A stretch of DNA of 64,000 bases. Origin: Octopus sinensis (lineage: Eukaryota). Location of the stretch: contig NC_043007.1 of assembly GCF_006345805.1 (NCBI RefSeq), positions 75,764,001-75,828,000 on the forward strand, given 5' to 3'. Under the pieces are notes generated by a model that saw only the letters and a list, made by a program, of their open reading frames with translations, searched no databases and had not been told where the DNA came from. This document shows, in pieces, positions 1-13,289 of the stretch (position 1 is its first letter; each line of letters opens with the position of its first letter). The translations under genes and the position numbers were made by a program.

Positions 1-268
1 AAAAAAATCCTTTAATCAAGCAGTGAACAAACACGTTATCCTCTATAACTGACTTGATTCTTGTTCTAAACCCACATGAACTTATTACTGAGTAATTGGA
101 AGTGTGTTTCAATCATTGTTAGGGTGTATAAATCTGTCCCTGAGAGGGATGATGTAGTAATTAGGATGTTCACAAGCAAACATTCAAGCAATATTACACA
201 AGGAAATAAGCAACAAAGCCAGTTTAAAGAGGAGAAAAAATCAAAGATCTGGGAAAGAAGCTGATGAG

Positions 269-788
269 GAAGGGAATTATCGCAGAGCCAAGGGTGCAAC
301 CAGCCCACCTTTGCGTACCTTCCCTTCATTGGACACTGCTTGCGAAGACCTGTTGAGGCAAGTGAAATCGGAATCGAAATCAAATTCGCTGACTAGCATC
401 TGTGCTAATGGAGCACTAAAAGCACCATCTGAGCGTGATTGTTGCCAGAGGAGCCAACTGGCGTTCGTGCCGGTGGCACGTAAAAATCCCCATTTGAGCG
501 TGATCGTTACCAGCGTTGCCTTAGCGGTACTTGTGCAGGTGACATGTAAAAAAAAAACACGATTTCCCATGACCTTTGCCCTACCGCCTGACTGGCCCTC
601 ATGCCAGTGGCACGTAAAAGCACCCACTACACTCTCAAAGTGGTTGGCATTAGGAAGGGCATCCAACTGTAGACACTCTGCCAAATCAAGATTGGAGACT
701 GGTGCAGCCATCTGGTTCGCTAGTCCTCAGTCAAATCGTACAACCCATGCTAGCATGGAAAGTGGACGTTAAACGATGATGATGATGA
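269..788 (+). mobile_element. RTE-type LINE 3' tail ending in (GAT)n
   Basis: Internal GGCACGTAAAAAGCACC subrepeats and terminal ...CATGGAAAGTGGACGTTAAACGATGATGATG; the same tail recurs at 2600-3250, 50900-51315 and 56840-57165, and at 2245 it follows RTE coding sequence. Confidence 0.75.
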
Positions 789-1476
789 ATTTTATATTGC
801 TCAGTACTCCACTCCACTCAGTTAAGGGAGCCTTGCTTTGGGGGTACCTGGTGTTCTTGCCTGTCCTTGGTGCCATGAAAAAAGCACCCTGTACACTCTG
901 TGAAGTAGCTGACATTAGGAAGAGCATCCAACCATAGAAATCATGCCAAAGAAGACATTGGGGCTCAACAAAGTCCCCTCATTCACCAGTTTATGTTGAA
1001 CCATCAAACCCTAAAAAGGGATGTTAAAATGACAATGATGATTATAATTGTGTATAATGATAGAATATGAGATACTGAGAAAAATATTAAATAAAACATA
1101 CACAGTTGAGAACATTATCATCTATGGGCATTTATTTACTCTTTGTTGTAGTAAAGCAATACATTTTAAAGTGCTACATATCTGCTATAAAATACCTTAT
1201 TTGCAGTTAAGGTTGAGAGAATTTCCAAACACTATTCTATGCAAAGTTCCAATATTCATTGCTATAAGCAAACATTTCACAAAACAATAGTTAAGCATGA
1301 GATAACAAAAACAGAAGCATCATTTTCTATGTTGGCAGGAGTTGGACGATTTGATAAGAGCTGCCCCAGGTTCTATTGTCTGTTTTGGCATGGTGTCTAT
1401 AGTTGGATGCCCTTCCCAGTGCCAATCACTTTGCAAAGTGTACTGGTTGCTTTTTATGAGTATTATCTGAAAAATT

Positions 1477-1868
1477 GGATCTTTTCGGTTTGAACAGCAG
1501 TTTTTAACATAATTTCTAGGTAACTAAAAAATTTTAAACTTCATATACTGGTAGAACATGTTTATAAAACATCTTTTTCTCTTGGCTATATTGGGAAAAT
1601 TCTATAGTTTGCAAGATATTTGTTGTATTTTTTTCTTCAATTTCTGCAATTTCAACCAATCACTGACGTCCATTGAGGTAAAAAAACATTCTGTGCCGTA
1701 TGAATATGTCCCTTGTTTAAAAAACAGATTGGGTTTATTTACATTTGTGAAGAAAAAGACACCCTAAAACAGATTGAAATGCAATAGATCGATACTAGGG
1801 TCATAACTATAGGTGACAATTTCATATGACACCGCTAGAAAAAACTGCCGTTCAAACCAAAAAGATTC
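1477..1868. mobile_element. Merlin-like MITE (GGATC TIRs, 8-bp TSD GAAAAATT)
   Basis: TIR GGATCTTTTCGGTTTGAAC(A/G)GCAGTTTTT / AAAAACTGCCGTTCAAACC(A/G)AAAAGAT(T/C)C; GAAAAATT directly flanks both ends. Confidence 0.8.
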
Positions 1869-2244
1869 GAAAAATTTAGGTGTATTTCCATATATTTTTG
1901 AAAAGTATATAGTTGTCATAAAAACCGATATTAGTTATGTAACCATCCTTATTAGGATAGAGAAATGTAAAAATCAGTACTTACCCATAGACTTACAATA
2001 CATGCTGCAGCAGAGGTAACATTAGACAAATGTCCAATGGGTTGGTACTGTAATATTTTTGTTGAAAATCCCACCATTGAAATAATGAAACACAAAATTC
2101 CAATACCCAAATGAAACGCTCCCGTTATGGTCATAGCCATGTACTGGAAACCAGCAATCATTTTTGATGGTTATATGAAGCTTATCTAAAAATAAAAGAA
2201 AAAAAAAATTTCAAATTAGTTAGTAAAAGAAAACTAGCAAGCTC

Positions 2245-3250
2245 ACATGCTATGCTGTGTTGGGTGCTGGACATGTGTAGGCTTGAAAAAAATGAAGCTA
2301 GTATGATCCACTGGATGTGTAATGTCAGTGTGCATGCACAACAAAGCGTGAGCACCCTGAGAGAAAAGTTGGACATAAGAAGCATCAAATGTGGTGTGCA
2401 TGAGAGACGACTGCGCTGGCATGATCATATGTTACGTATGGATGAGGACAACTGTGTGAGGAAGTGCCACACCCTAACTGTGGAAGAGGTAGACCCAAGA
2501 AGACATGGGATGAGGTGGTGAAGCATGACCTTCAAACGTTGGGCCTCACAGAGGCAATGACAGGAGACCAAGACCTTTGGAGATATGCTGTGATTGAGAA
2601 GACCTGGCAACTAAAGTGAGATTTCAGTCATGGCCGATGCTAGTGTTACATGTCTGGCCCATTTAAGAGTACCCTTGATGTATCAGGCAATATGATATGC
2701 TTGAGAAGACCTGTTGAGTCAAGTAAAACCACAATTGTAGCTGTAGCCAGTGCCCCCTGACTGGCTCCCATTCCAGTGGCATGTAAAATGCACCATCTGA
2801 ATGTGGTTGTTGCCAGTGCCCCCTGAGTGACTCCTGTGCCAGTGGCATGTAAAAAGCACCATCTGAATGTGGTTGATGCCAGGTCCACTGGCACACCACC
2901 TGAATGTGGCTGATGCCAGTGGCCCCTGACTGGCTCTTGTGCTAGCAGCACATAAAAAGCAATATCAGAACATGATTGATGCCAAATCTGCCTGACTGAC
3001 TCCCATACCTGTGGCATGTAAAAAGCACTATCTGAACATGATTGATGCCAAGCCCACCTGACTGGTTCCTGTGCCGGTGGCATGTAAAAAGCACCTACTA
3101 CACTCTCAAAGTGATTTGTGTTAGGCAGGGCATCCAGCTGTAGAAACATTGCCAGATCAGAGTGGAGCCTGGTGCAGCTGCTGGCTCTCCAGTTCTGTCA
3201 ACTGGCTAACCCATGCCAGCATAGAAAACAGGCGTTAAATGATGATGATT
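2245..3250 (+). mobile_element. 5'-truncated RTE LINE (RT C-terminus plus 3' UTR)
   Basis: Peptide ...WMCNVSVHAQQSVSTLREKLDIRSIKCGVHERRLRWHDHMLRMDEDNCVRKC (RTE RLRWxGHVxRM motif), then the subrepeat tail and (GAT)n. Confidence 0.85.
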
Positions 3251-3399
3251 ATACACACACATTATATATCGTTTTAATGGTAGAACGTGAAGTTGATAAA
3301 ACTATAAATGATAGTATGCGGAATACTGAGATAAGAAACCTTTGGATAGAAAAATATTGAAAACTGCAAATGGGACTCACACTTACGTTTATGAATATA

Positions 3400-3815
3400 A
3401 CATTAATGGCTTCCAATTTTGGAACAAGGCCAGCAATTCCGGTGGTGGGGTTTAAGTTGATTACATTGACTCCAGTGTTCAACTGGTACTTATCTTATTG
3501 TGACTTACAGGATGAAAGGCAAAGTTGACCTTGACAGAAGTTGACCTCAGAACATAAAAATGGACAAAATGCTGCTATGCATTTTGCCCAGCGTGCCTAT
3601 GATTCTGCCAGCTGGCAACTTTCAAATAATAATGATTTAAAATTTTGGCACAGGACCAGGAGTTGAGTAGGTTGACTCCAGTGCTTGACCGGTACTTATT
3701 TTATTGACCCTGAAAGGATGAAAGACGAAGTTGACCAGGTGGAATTTAGACTTAGAACATAAAGACAGATGACATGCCACTAAGCGTCTGGTGTGCTAGC
3801 AATTCTGTCAGCTTA
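3400..3815 (-). mobile_element. Two tandem copies of tRNA-derived SINE family A
   Basis: GGTACTTATTTTATTGACCCTGAAAGGATGAAAG...TTGAACTCAGAAC block shared with many other copies in the window. Confidence 0.7.
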
Positions 3816-3855
3816 GCGCTGTAAAATATTTAACACATCAAATAATAATAATAAT

Positions 3856-4240
3856 TTGCCTGTCAGTTGTTTGACCTTAATCAGTTGAGCATGTCCCTTA
3901 GTGACTGATGATACATGCAGTTCTGATCACGTGTAGAAGTAGTGGGGGAGCATCATAGCATGTATTGAGAGGAATTCTTTGGGGCTTGAATAATTCTCCT
4001 CTGGAAACATGGGTGTTTTTCAACATCTTTAAACAACCCTTATCCAAGGACCTTTTGAGTGGGATGGGCTCCACCTGCAAGGTCATGTGCTGGTTATCTT
4101 GATATGAGATCGCTATGACGCACTTATGGTTGTGAAGCATGTGTCTGGTGTAGCCTTATGAGATGGGTAGTCATGATGGGTATATTGGGTTTCATATATT
4201 TGTACCCCAGTGTCACTTTGATGGCATGTGCAGCTCTCTC
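3856..4240. mobile_element. Non-coding element flanked by (AAT)n, partial copy
   Basis: Similar to 33476-33983, 35257-35756 and 38719-39180; AAT repeats on both sides. Confidence 0.75.
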
Positions 4241-4254
4241 AATAATAATAATAA

Positions 4255-4778
4255 TCCTTTCTCATAGGCACAAGGCCCGAAAATTGCAGGAAGTGCTAAG
4301 TCGATGACATCAACCCCAGTACTCAATAGGTATTTATTTCACTGACCCTGAAAGGATGAAAGATAAAGTTGACTTTGGCGGTGGAATTTAGGAAAGACTT
4401 AATACTCATGAAAATGTATGTATGCAGTCTTGGTTGTGGTCCAAGGACTATAACTCTTACATTCTAAGTTCAAATTCTACCGAGGTTGACTTAGTTTTTC
4501 TTTTTTCCTGGTCGATAAACTGAATACCAGTTGAACACTAAGGTTGATGTAGTCGATACTCCTCCTGCCTTATGCCAAAATTTGAAAGCAATATAATACT
4601 CAATGATGTAAAACATGAAAAGAAATATCAAGATAATACTCAATGATATGTTAAAATCACATTTATTATCTTAAAAATTCATTTACGTGTATCAAAGTCG
4701 ACCTCGGCGGAACTTGAACTCAGAACGTAGCAGCAGACGAAATACCCGGCGTGCTAACGATTCTGCCAGCTCGCCGCC
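4255..4778. mobile_element. Cluster of SINE family A fragments, both orientations
   Basis: Repeated GACCCTGAAAGGATGAAAG / GTCGACCTCGGCGGAACTTGAACTCAGAAC blocks. Confidence 0.65.
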
Positions 4779-5211
4779 CGTTCAGGAACAATGAATCGCG
4801 GTGCTGCTGGTGTCCCACGTGCCATTCCGATCGATTGTAAAATAAAGAATGCTTCTTTTATCTCCCCCTTAACTTTTATTTACTTTTTTAATCAAACCAA
4901 ACTGAACAATAACTGTACGCCATGCGCATGCGCGATTGTTTAAAACTTTTCAATTTTGATTTCGAAGTATTTAAAAAATTATTTGGAAATTATAAAGCGA
5001 AACTAATGACAGAATCGGACTGTCTATATTTTAAAACGAAGATTTAAAAAATAATAATTTGAAACTAAGAACCATCTTCTCATCAAATTCCGATGCGACC
5101 GTAATTTGAAAACTTCATTGAAAAGTATCGCTTTTTCTGAAAGTTATGAAGTAACTACTTAGTGTTTTATCGCGGATGTAAAATACATGGACCACACCCC
5201 TTTTTTTTTCT

Positions 5212-5830
5212 GAGGAAACCCACTATTTCGACTGCGGAGATTCCGAATCTGCACCCCCTCCCCCCCAAAATGGCATTTCAAAATTTAACCCCAAACTCTC
5301 AATTTCTTCATTTTTCTCTTTTTTTTTGGCGAAATACATATAAAAATAGGCATTCTTTCTATATAACTCGACAAAAACAAAACATTTCACTTTGGGTATT
5401 TCCGTGGAAGCAAATGACAGTTCGATTCTGTTTTCTGCTTAGAAATTTGCGGATTTTACACACATACATGAAACATGTAAGAACAAATATGCAAGGCTTT
5501 TTTTCTTTAAAGTTTAAAATGAGGCATTTGCTGGCATAATTTCGTTATATCTATACTCCACAACCCACGGAAATACCCGAAGTGAAATGTTTTGATTTTT
5601 GTCGAGTTATATCGAAGGAATGCCTAAAAGTACGGAGAATATGATTCTGAGGGGTGGGGAGGTAAAACTTCGATTTAAAAAAAAACCCTCCCCACGCCCG
5701 CGATTCTGTGACAAAGTATAAATTATTAAACTGAAAGTGTTTTCTCTCCTGTTTCAAAGTTTAAATTTTGAAATGCCGATTTTTTTTTTGTAGATTCGGA
5801 ATCTCCGCAGTCGAAATAGTGGGTTCCTGT
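5212..5830. mobile_element. MITE-like element with long nested inverted repeats
   Basis: GAAACCCACTATTTCGACTGCGGAGATTCCGAATCT at ~5214 is inverted at ~5790-5828; an inner pair lies at 5368-5408 and 5565-5612. Confidence 0.6.
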
Positions 5831-5899
5831 TGAATAATAATAAAAAAATAAAGAAAAAAAACAACGAAAGGGTTAATATAGGGCGTAACAAATATCAGA

Positions 5900-6390
5900 A
5901 AATCAAAAAAAAAATGTGTGTAATAGGTGTAAAACAACTTCCTATGAACGAATATGAAAAAAAAATTCGCGCACGCGAAAGGGGGGTGGGGGAGAGGCCT
6001 CGGAAAATTCACATCGGGAAGTTCCGAAAGCGTCTGAGGAGCTGACCCGGGCACCAAAAAAAAAAAAAAATAGTGTAATATGTGTAAAACAACTTGCTCT
6101 AAACGAATATGACAAAAAAAAATGCGCTCTCGCGAAAGAGGGGTGGGGGAGAGGCCTCGGAATATTTATATCGGGAATTCCGAAAGCGTCTGAACCGGGC
6201 ACAAAACAAAAACAAAAACAGCGTAATAGGTGTAAAACAACTTGCTCTAAACGACTATCATGAAAAAAATGCGCGCTCGCGAAAGGGGGGTGGGGGAGAG
6301 GCTTCGGAAATTTCACATCTTCAGTCCACGGCCTTTAAACTAAGAAAAAATAGTGTAATTGGTTGTAAAACTTGTTCTAAACGAGTATCA
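5900..6390. repeat. Minisatellite, ~130-155-bp unit, ~3.5 copies
   Basis: GTGTAATAGGTGTAAAACAACTT recurs at ~5918, 6074, 6221 and 6353, with GCGAAAGGGGGGTGGGGGAGAGGC blocks. Confidence 0.8.
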
Positions 6391-7189
6391 AGAACACACA
6401 CTCACACATGAATCATAAACTCCGTATTTCGCAAAAAAAAAATAAATAAAGAGAAGAAATTCTGGAAAAAGTGAAGAAATGTTGGATCTCCGCCATGTGA
6501 ATCAAAATACGTGTCAGAAACATCTTGAAATACTACAGAAATTATGTTACGAAAATGATAATGTATACATACCTCTTTGAGTTGTCCATCGATAATGATG
6601 ATAAAGAAATGAGTTGGATTTGAACTCAGAATATTGACTAACACAACTACATACTACAAGACTCAAAATATTCAGCCAAGTCACCACCCTTTAGTCATAA
6701 CTTATTGATCTGGGTTAGAAAAAAATAGTAGTTACGAAATATGTTCAAGTTGGTATATAACAAGAGAAGCTAAAAGACCATGTTGATTTTTTGGTCCACT
6801 TCGTTTATCACTGAAATAAACTAATTTTGTGATGACTTTATTTATTCAGCGTCGATGTAGTGTGCCTTCTGTAGGACAAATATTTCAATGTTTGAACAGC
6901 GTAACATTTGATTAAAGTTTAAACAATGTATATAAACTATTTAGACAAAAATGAAAGTAAAATAGTTTCTAGTTATTGGGTCAGTGGTTTGTAGAGAGGG
7001 AAAATTAGAATGAATGAAAGAAGACAACCGTTTAAATATTTCTTGTTTTGTTTTCTGTGCAAAAGTATACATATTGTAGTTGACGTTACAAATATATTAA
7101 ATCAATAAAAAGCCGGTCTTTATATTTATATATACTTCCATATTTATTTATATTTTTTAATTAAGTTGGTACATTATTATAATGAATTA

Positions 7190-7685
7190 GGCGCAGTTGT
7201 GGTAAGAAGCTTGCTTCCCAAATACATGGTTCTGGGTTCAGTCCTTCTGCGTGGCACCTTAGGCCAAGCGTCTTCTACGATAGCCTCGGGCCAACCAAAG
7301 CATTGTGAATGAATTTGGTAGACGGAGACTGAGTACTCGGGACCACTCTGCGATACAAGTACCCGGAGACTGAAAGTGGCCCGTCTTTTACGGAAATTGC
7401 TGAACAACCAGTTGGAAATCTGGAGACCATAAACGAAACTATGTCAAAAAGGCATAATGTCCATATTGTGTATATACGTCTTTGTATCTGTCTGTCTCAT
7501 ACCGCTTGACAACTGGCGTTGGTGTGTTTACGTTCCCGTAACTTAGCGGTTCGGCAAAACAGACTAATATGATAAGTACCAGGCTTAACAAAAAATAAGT
7601 ACTGCTGTCGATTCATTCGACAAAAAATTCCTCAAGGAGGTGCCGCAACATGGCCGCAGTCTAATAAATGAAACAAGTAAAAGAG
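7190..7685 (+). mobile_element. tRNA-derived CORE-like SINE family B
   Basis: GGCGCAG...TGTGGTAAG (A box) ... GGTTCAGTCC (B box) ... GGCACCTTAGGCCAAGCGTCTTC; tail GAAACAAGTAAAAGAG. Confidence 0.8.
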
Positions 7686-7689
7686 AATG

Positions 7690-8567
7690 TAAAGTGTTGC
7701 ATTTTATGAGAGTCAAAGATGAAGAGGCAAAGTTTGACATGCTTTTCCCACATAAACAACGCAGATGACGAGAAAAACAGAATAGGGAAAAAAACAAAAC
7801 AAAAACTGGCAGACTCTCCTCTCTTCCGTCCTGAATACCTAAATACAAAATAATCAATGATGCAAAAATATAAAATTAACCATGTGCTGAGAAGGATTTA
7901 ACAGAATATAAGAAGTCTCTATAGAAAATTACAGTAACACACTATTAAGTCTATTTATTACGCAATGATGGAATATAATTACTATTGATATAAAAACTAT
8001 TATTTTTCATAAAATAAATTTCAATTTATTCTCCCCTACAAAACAAAAACACTTAATGAAACTTGAAACATCTTTTAAAAAAATATATTGTCCTTCCTGG
8101 GGCTAAAATATATATTTCTAGTTAATCCGTCTTTTACATTTATATTTCAATATACAGAAATTAATTTCTTTTTTTTTTTTTTGTTCGGAAATAGTTATAA
8201 TTAACAAATTAATTACCTGTTTATATATATATAATTAGAAGTATCAAAACCACTTGACTGCTCAATGATATCTTCTTTTTGGAAAACTTTTCACAAATTG
8301 AGAATATCTCAGTTCAACCCCCGCATCTTAATCACGTGGATGGAAATCAACCAACCAAAATGCTGCGTCAAATAAAGAAATAAAATTCTTAACATGTTCC
8401 CAGGAAACCTTCTTTCACCAGCATTTTACTGTTTTATTTATATTTGTAGTAAGGTCGACAGAATTTCAAAATAACATTACCAAACCCAGCAACAGAATGC
8501 CAAACATGTACTCTCGCCATTAAACCATATCACACAACTATTTCATGTGAAATTTTCTTCAATCAAC
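7690..8567 (-). other. Possible pair of spliced exons (8567-8481; second starting at 7838)
   Basis: Minus strand: aaatttcag|GTTG...TTTG|gtaatg, then attattttgtatttag|GTATTC; no recognisable protein. Confidence 0.2.
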
Positions 8568-11233
8568 CTGAAATTTACGCATCGAAGAAAATATTTTACT
8601 TTTAATATTAATAATAATAATTTCTGTTAATAGTATAATATTAATATTACTTAATCGCTGAATTAATGGCGGACTTCTTAATGAATTGGAATTTCTCTGT
8701 TTTGACAGAGATTTTTCAGATTTCTTTTTATGGTGTCTTCGGAGCATCTATTTTTTTTTTTTTTTATATTTTCGAAAAAGGGTTTCTCTTCCCCTCCGGA
8801 CTGATTTTGGTCCATTTTGAAGACATTACGCACTTAAAATCCATAGAAGCCTTTTCAGTAAAAAAGAAAAGTAAATATCTTGAGAATAAAAGGTGTGTGA
8901 TTAAAGGGAGAATTTGGCTATTGTTTCTAGCATACCCCATGACCACTTTGTTTCTCACTGATAAATATTGATGTTTTTCAATATTTTCTCTCCATTAATA
9001 GCATAAACTCATTTATGGTATTAAAAAAGAAACTTAAAAAAATTTTTGATTTTTATCAACCATAAACCTTACCGGTCATGTGATATGCTAGAAACAACAG
9101 CCAAATCTCCCTTAAATTACACACCTTTTCGTCTGAAAATATTTCCTTTGTTTATTACGGAAAACGCTTCTATACTTTTTAAGTGTGTAGTGCTCAAAAA
9201 AAACAAAACAATGAGCGTAGTACCCACAAAATCGGTCCGAAAAGGGGAAGAGTAGTGAGGGGTTAAAAAGTAATTTTTAAAAAAAGTTTTGTTAAAAAGA
9301 TGTCCCAGATCATTTCCAAGGGCACCGTGAAAAAAAGATCTGAAAAATCCCCGTCAAAACGGAGAAATTCCAACTTACGTGGGCGACGCATCCCATGCCT
9401 TTGTTGTCTATCTTCCGCCAGTCAATTAGTGCGCGCAATATCACTCGAACTGTTAGAAATCGTAGTCAAATCTCAAATCACATCATTAAAAAAAAAAAGG
9501 AACGACACTTTATATCGAATATTGGATATACAAAAAGAATTGTCACGGTTGGAAGCTTTTGCTTGTAGATATGTTTAATCAAGCCTGTGCTGGGACTGAA
9601 CGAAAACAACAGTCGTCTTCACTGACTTCATTTATTCCGTAATTATTTAGGTTAGTTATTATTACTAATGGGCCGCCTTACTAATGACAGGAAATAATAA
9701 ATTTGTGTTTTTAATTACATCTCTTGAGTGTGTGCGTTAATAAAACACTTTAATTTCAGAGAGCTTGTTCACCGTTGAGCAGAATTTTACTATCTTTATG
9801 TACATGTATTTATTTTGAACTTATAATCTTTAGTGGATCATCATTTTCGCGGATTTGATCAATAAATATAAATCATTGTTGGTTTTATACAATATTAAGA
9901 AGGCTGCGTGCGAAGTTGAGAATAATAACATGAATAATGATATGATTCCATCGTCTTTTTACCTGGAACATTTACATATAAACAATTATTTGAATAAACA
10001 ACATATGTGAGATGGTGTACGTTATAGAGAAGTCTTCATTGCATAACATTTTAGTTACACGGACCATCATTTATGTATGGTTCGGCCGAAACCGCCTCTG
10101 GCTCTGCAGTACAAATGTCTTGTTTTCTTGAGTTTTGAATTAAAATCTTCTACCAAACCTTAGTCACAATTTATGTTACTAACACTAGCTTAATGGTAAC
10201 TAAGTTATTTTACTAAATTTTTTGTTATATTTAGAATAATTGAAAGAAACACAGAGCATCTCAAAATAAATACGGTAATGAAAGGGTTAAATACGCTATG
10301 AATAGGTGAAAGTTTATTGACTAGAAAGAGAAGCCTAGTTGTTAATATCTGATAGTTGCCGTTTTAACAGGGAAATATTTTAAAATGCTCCTACTAGAGA
10401 TGTAAATAGTAATGGAAAAAGTAAACGCGTAAGATGTCGATATTGTAAAATCAACAGTTTGTTTTAAGTAATGGTTATATGAAGCACATTTCAGCTCAAA
10501 AGAATGAATTCTCAAGAAAAAGAAATGATCTTTGTTGTCAACACATTAAATAATGACAGTGGAATTCCACGAAATAATTTCGTTTCTTTTTAGGAGTTTA
10601 AAAATAAAATTAATTTAATGGTGGGCCTGGAGCAGACTCTACCCTCACCCACTAAACTGATATTTTCGCTTTTTTTTTCACCGGATTCCTATGTTTTCAA
10701 TGACAGAAATTCCGAATATACAAAAAAACCACGTTTTCAAAATTTTTTTATAGCCCCCATTCCCAAAATTTTGAATTTTTAACTTTTTTTCGAATTTTTT
10801 ATTTTCAATCGACGTAGAAAAATACGGAGATTAAGAATATGGGGGTGGGAACATTTAATTTCAAACTTTTTATGAAAAACTCCAAAATTGATCAACACCC
10901 CATCCTGTTGTCTAAAAGTGAAAATGAACGGCTGTTTTGTCAGTTTCCGCTTGCGTAGATCTATGCTGAAACAGCATGTGAAGCCCTCGCCACGATACTC
11001 GATGTGCTAAAATAACAGCTAAATGCCTGGAGACTTTTTTTGTGTTTGTGTGTGTGCGCACGCGCAACAATTTCTACAGCTTATCCGAATGAACAGAGAA
11101 AGAAGTAACGATTCTGCTAGAAGCAATTACTTTGCTGTCAATTCATTGGATTAATCCCAACGAAATTCTACAAGTTTAGTCACTGGCTCAGCACCCATGT
11201 TTATGTTCTTCATTCCAAAATAATAAAAACTTT

Positions 11234-11643
11234 GGATCTTTTCGGTTTGAACGGCAGTTTTTTAAAATAATTTCCACGTAACTAAACACTTTTAAACTTC
11301 GTATACTGGTAGAATGTGTTTATAAAACATCTTTTTCTCTTGCCTTTACTGAGAAAATTCTAAAGTTTGTAAGATATTTGTTGTTTTTTTTCTTCAATTT
11401 CTGCAATTTCAACCAATCAGTGACGTCCATTGAGGTAAAAAGCATTCTGTGCCGTATGAATATGTCCCTCGTTTAAGAAACAGATTGGTTTATTTACATA
11501 TGAGAAGAAAAAAGATACCCTTCCCCCACCCCTAACCCTAAAACAGATTGAAATGCAATAGATCGATACTAGGGTCATAATTATGGGTGACAATTTCATA
11601 TGACACCGCTAGAAAAAACTGCCATTCAAACCGAAAAGATTCC
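11234..11643. mobile_element. Merlin-like MITE, second copy
   Basis: Same TIRs and body as 1477-1868; TSD degenerate (AAAACTTT vs TTCACTTT). Confidence 0.8.
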
Positions 11644-12019
11644 TTCACTTTTAACAGAAATTAAAGAAAAGAAGTTACAGAGGTTTTAAAGTTTGGTAAT
11701 TTTCACCCAGTCAGAAAATAGGATTTGGAAGCTGTCATTTTGTGCCTGACAGCACTGGTTGTCAACTGTAAATAAATGAAATATTAGGCAGAATTCTGCT
11801 TTGCACACGTCATATAACCCCTTCATAACTTGCTTTTATTTTTTGGAATTTTCAGAAAATTTTTGAGAATTTATACTCTACACACGGGAATGCATACGAC
11901 TGTGCAAACCCCACACCCCCAAAAGAGTTGTTGTGCGAGATTTAAGGCATATTTAGCTGTTAATTTAAGCACACCGCATACCGGATGTTTTTTTTTTAAA
12001 GCATGTAATCAGTGACAAA

Positions 12020-12300
12020 AAGAACAAGTGGTAAGCAGCTTGGCAACATTTTGGCTTGTTACTATGGAAACAGACACCCATATGTCTGTGGCTTTCGATT
12101 GGCTAAAATTACCCCATATTTGCAAACTTTAAAAGCTACTGTTTATTTATTGATTTATGGCGAAAATGAATTTCATGCCAATGATTACTATACAAAACTG
12201 CACCAATACACCAAATATGAAATTAATTGGAACAAAAACTGAAGAAATTCAAAAGTGGCAGCCAAACAGAAAAAAACATCCCTAACGAGAACTAGAAGCC
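12020..12300. repeat. Dispersed repeat, second copy at ~16200-16450
   Basis: GTTACTATGGAAACAGACACC(C/T)ATATGTCTGTGGCTTTCGATTGGCTAAAATT present in both places. Confidence 0.7.
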
Positions 12301-12420
12301 TTTCACTCCCGGTGCTTCATTTGCTTATTAACCCAGGTGACCAAGCACTAAATAAACTTTAAAGTTTTTAATACAGTTATTGTTGAAAGGTAGACCGCAG
12401 CTTCGAAGCTAAAACAATTT

Positions 12421-12497
<77 letters not shown>

Positions 12498-12949
12498 GTT
12501 TTTGTGCCAGAAGTTGTAAATAGCGAATAGAGTTAGCTAATGGAAAACTAACGGAAATATAGTTTCCTTGAAGCGTAAAATGACCTATAAATAAATAAAT
12601 AAACAAATTTCAAAGGGCAGGATTATGTTTAAAGCACACCATATAACTTTTTGGGGAATTTTCAGAAAATCTTTGCAAACTTGTGTTCTATACACGGGAA
12701 TTCATAGGACTATGCAAAAAAAAAAAAACAAACAAATGTGATTTAAGGAGTACTTAGCGGTTATGTTAAGCACATCTCACGACCACCTCATGGCGTCCTT
12801 GTTTGTTTGTCACTCTGATGTATTGATGTTCTCCAATATCTTTCATCTTATAAAGACATTTAATGGTCTATTTCTAAGATTTAAGCAAAAAATTCGGACT
12901 GTGATTAAAAAAAAAAAAAATTTCGAAAAATTGAAAAAAAAAAAAATAT

Positions 12950-13135
12950 TACCCCGCTAAGGAAGGAGGTTATGTTTTCATCGGCGTTGGGTTGTCCGTC
13001 GGTGTGCAAAATAACTCAAAAAGTTGTGAACGGTATTTGATGAAAATTGCAGGAAAAGTTGGTAACGGCACAAAGAATAGATGATGAAATTTTGGTAGTG
13101 ATCCAGGAATTTTTATGGATTCTTGAAGGATTTTT
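12950..13135 (+). mobile_element. Helentron/DINE-like non-autonomous 5' segment; matching 3'-like piece at ~14140-14258
   Basis: ATTACCCCGCTAAGGAAGGAGGTTATGTTTTC start; GGAGGTTATGTTTT...GATCTGCGCTCTCCGAGTGCTTTTCTAG downstream. Class assigned from recalled resemblance only. Confidence 0.4.
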
Positions 13136-13289
13136 CATTTGTTATATTTACTTTACATGAAGTATTGTTAGGTTCTTTGATTATCTCCCTTGAAAACACG
13201 TTCATCATTTCCACCTAACCTATGGTGGCGTTGCTGTTTCCAAAGTTTATTTTCGTTTCTCTATTAGTAATTTTACTCGCGTATCTATC

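Noticed and set aside
66-264. Short ORFs at the window start
   Set aside because: No recognisable domain or reliable splice structure; partly overlaps the RTE tail.
5900-6390. CRISPR-like repeat-spacer array
   Set aside because: Eukaryotic context; the inter-repeat segments are homologous to each other and there are no cas genes.
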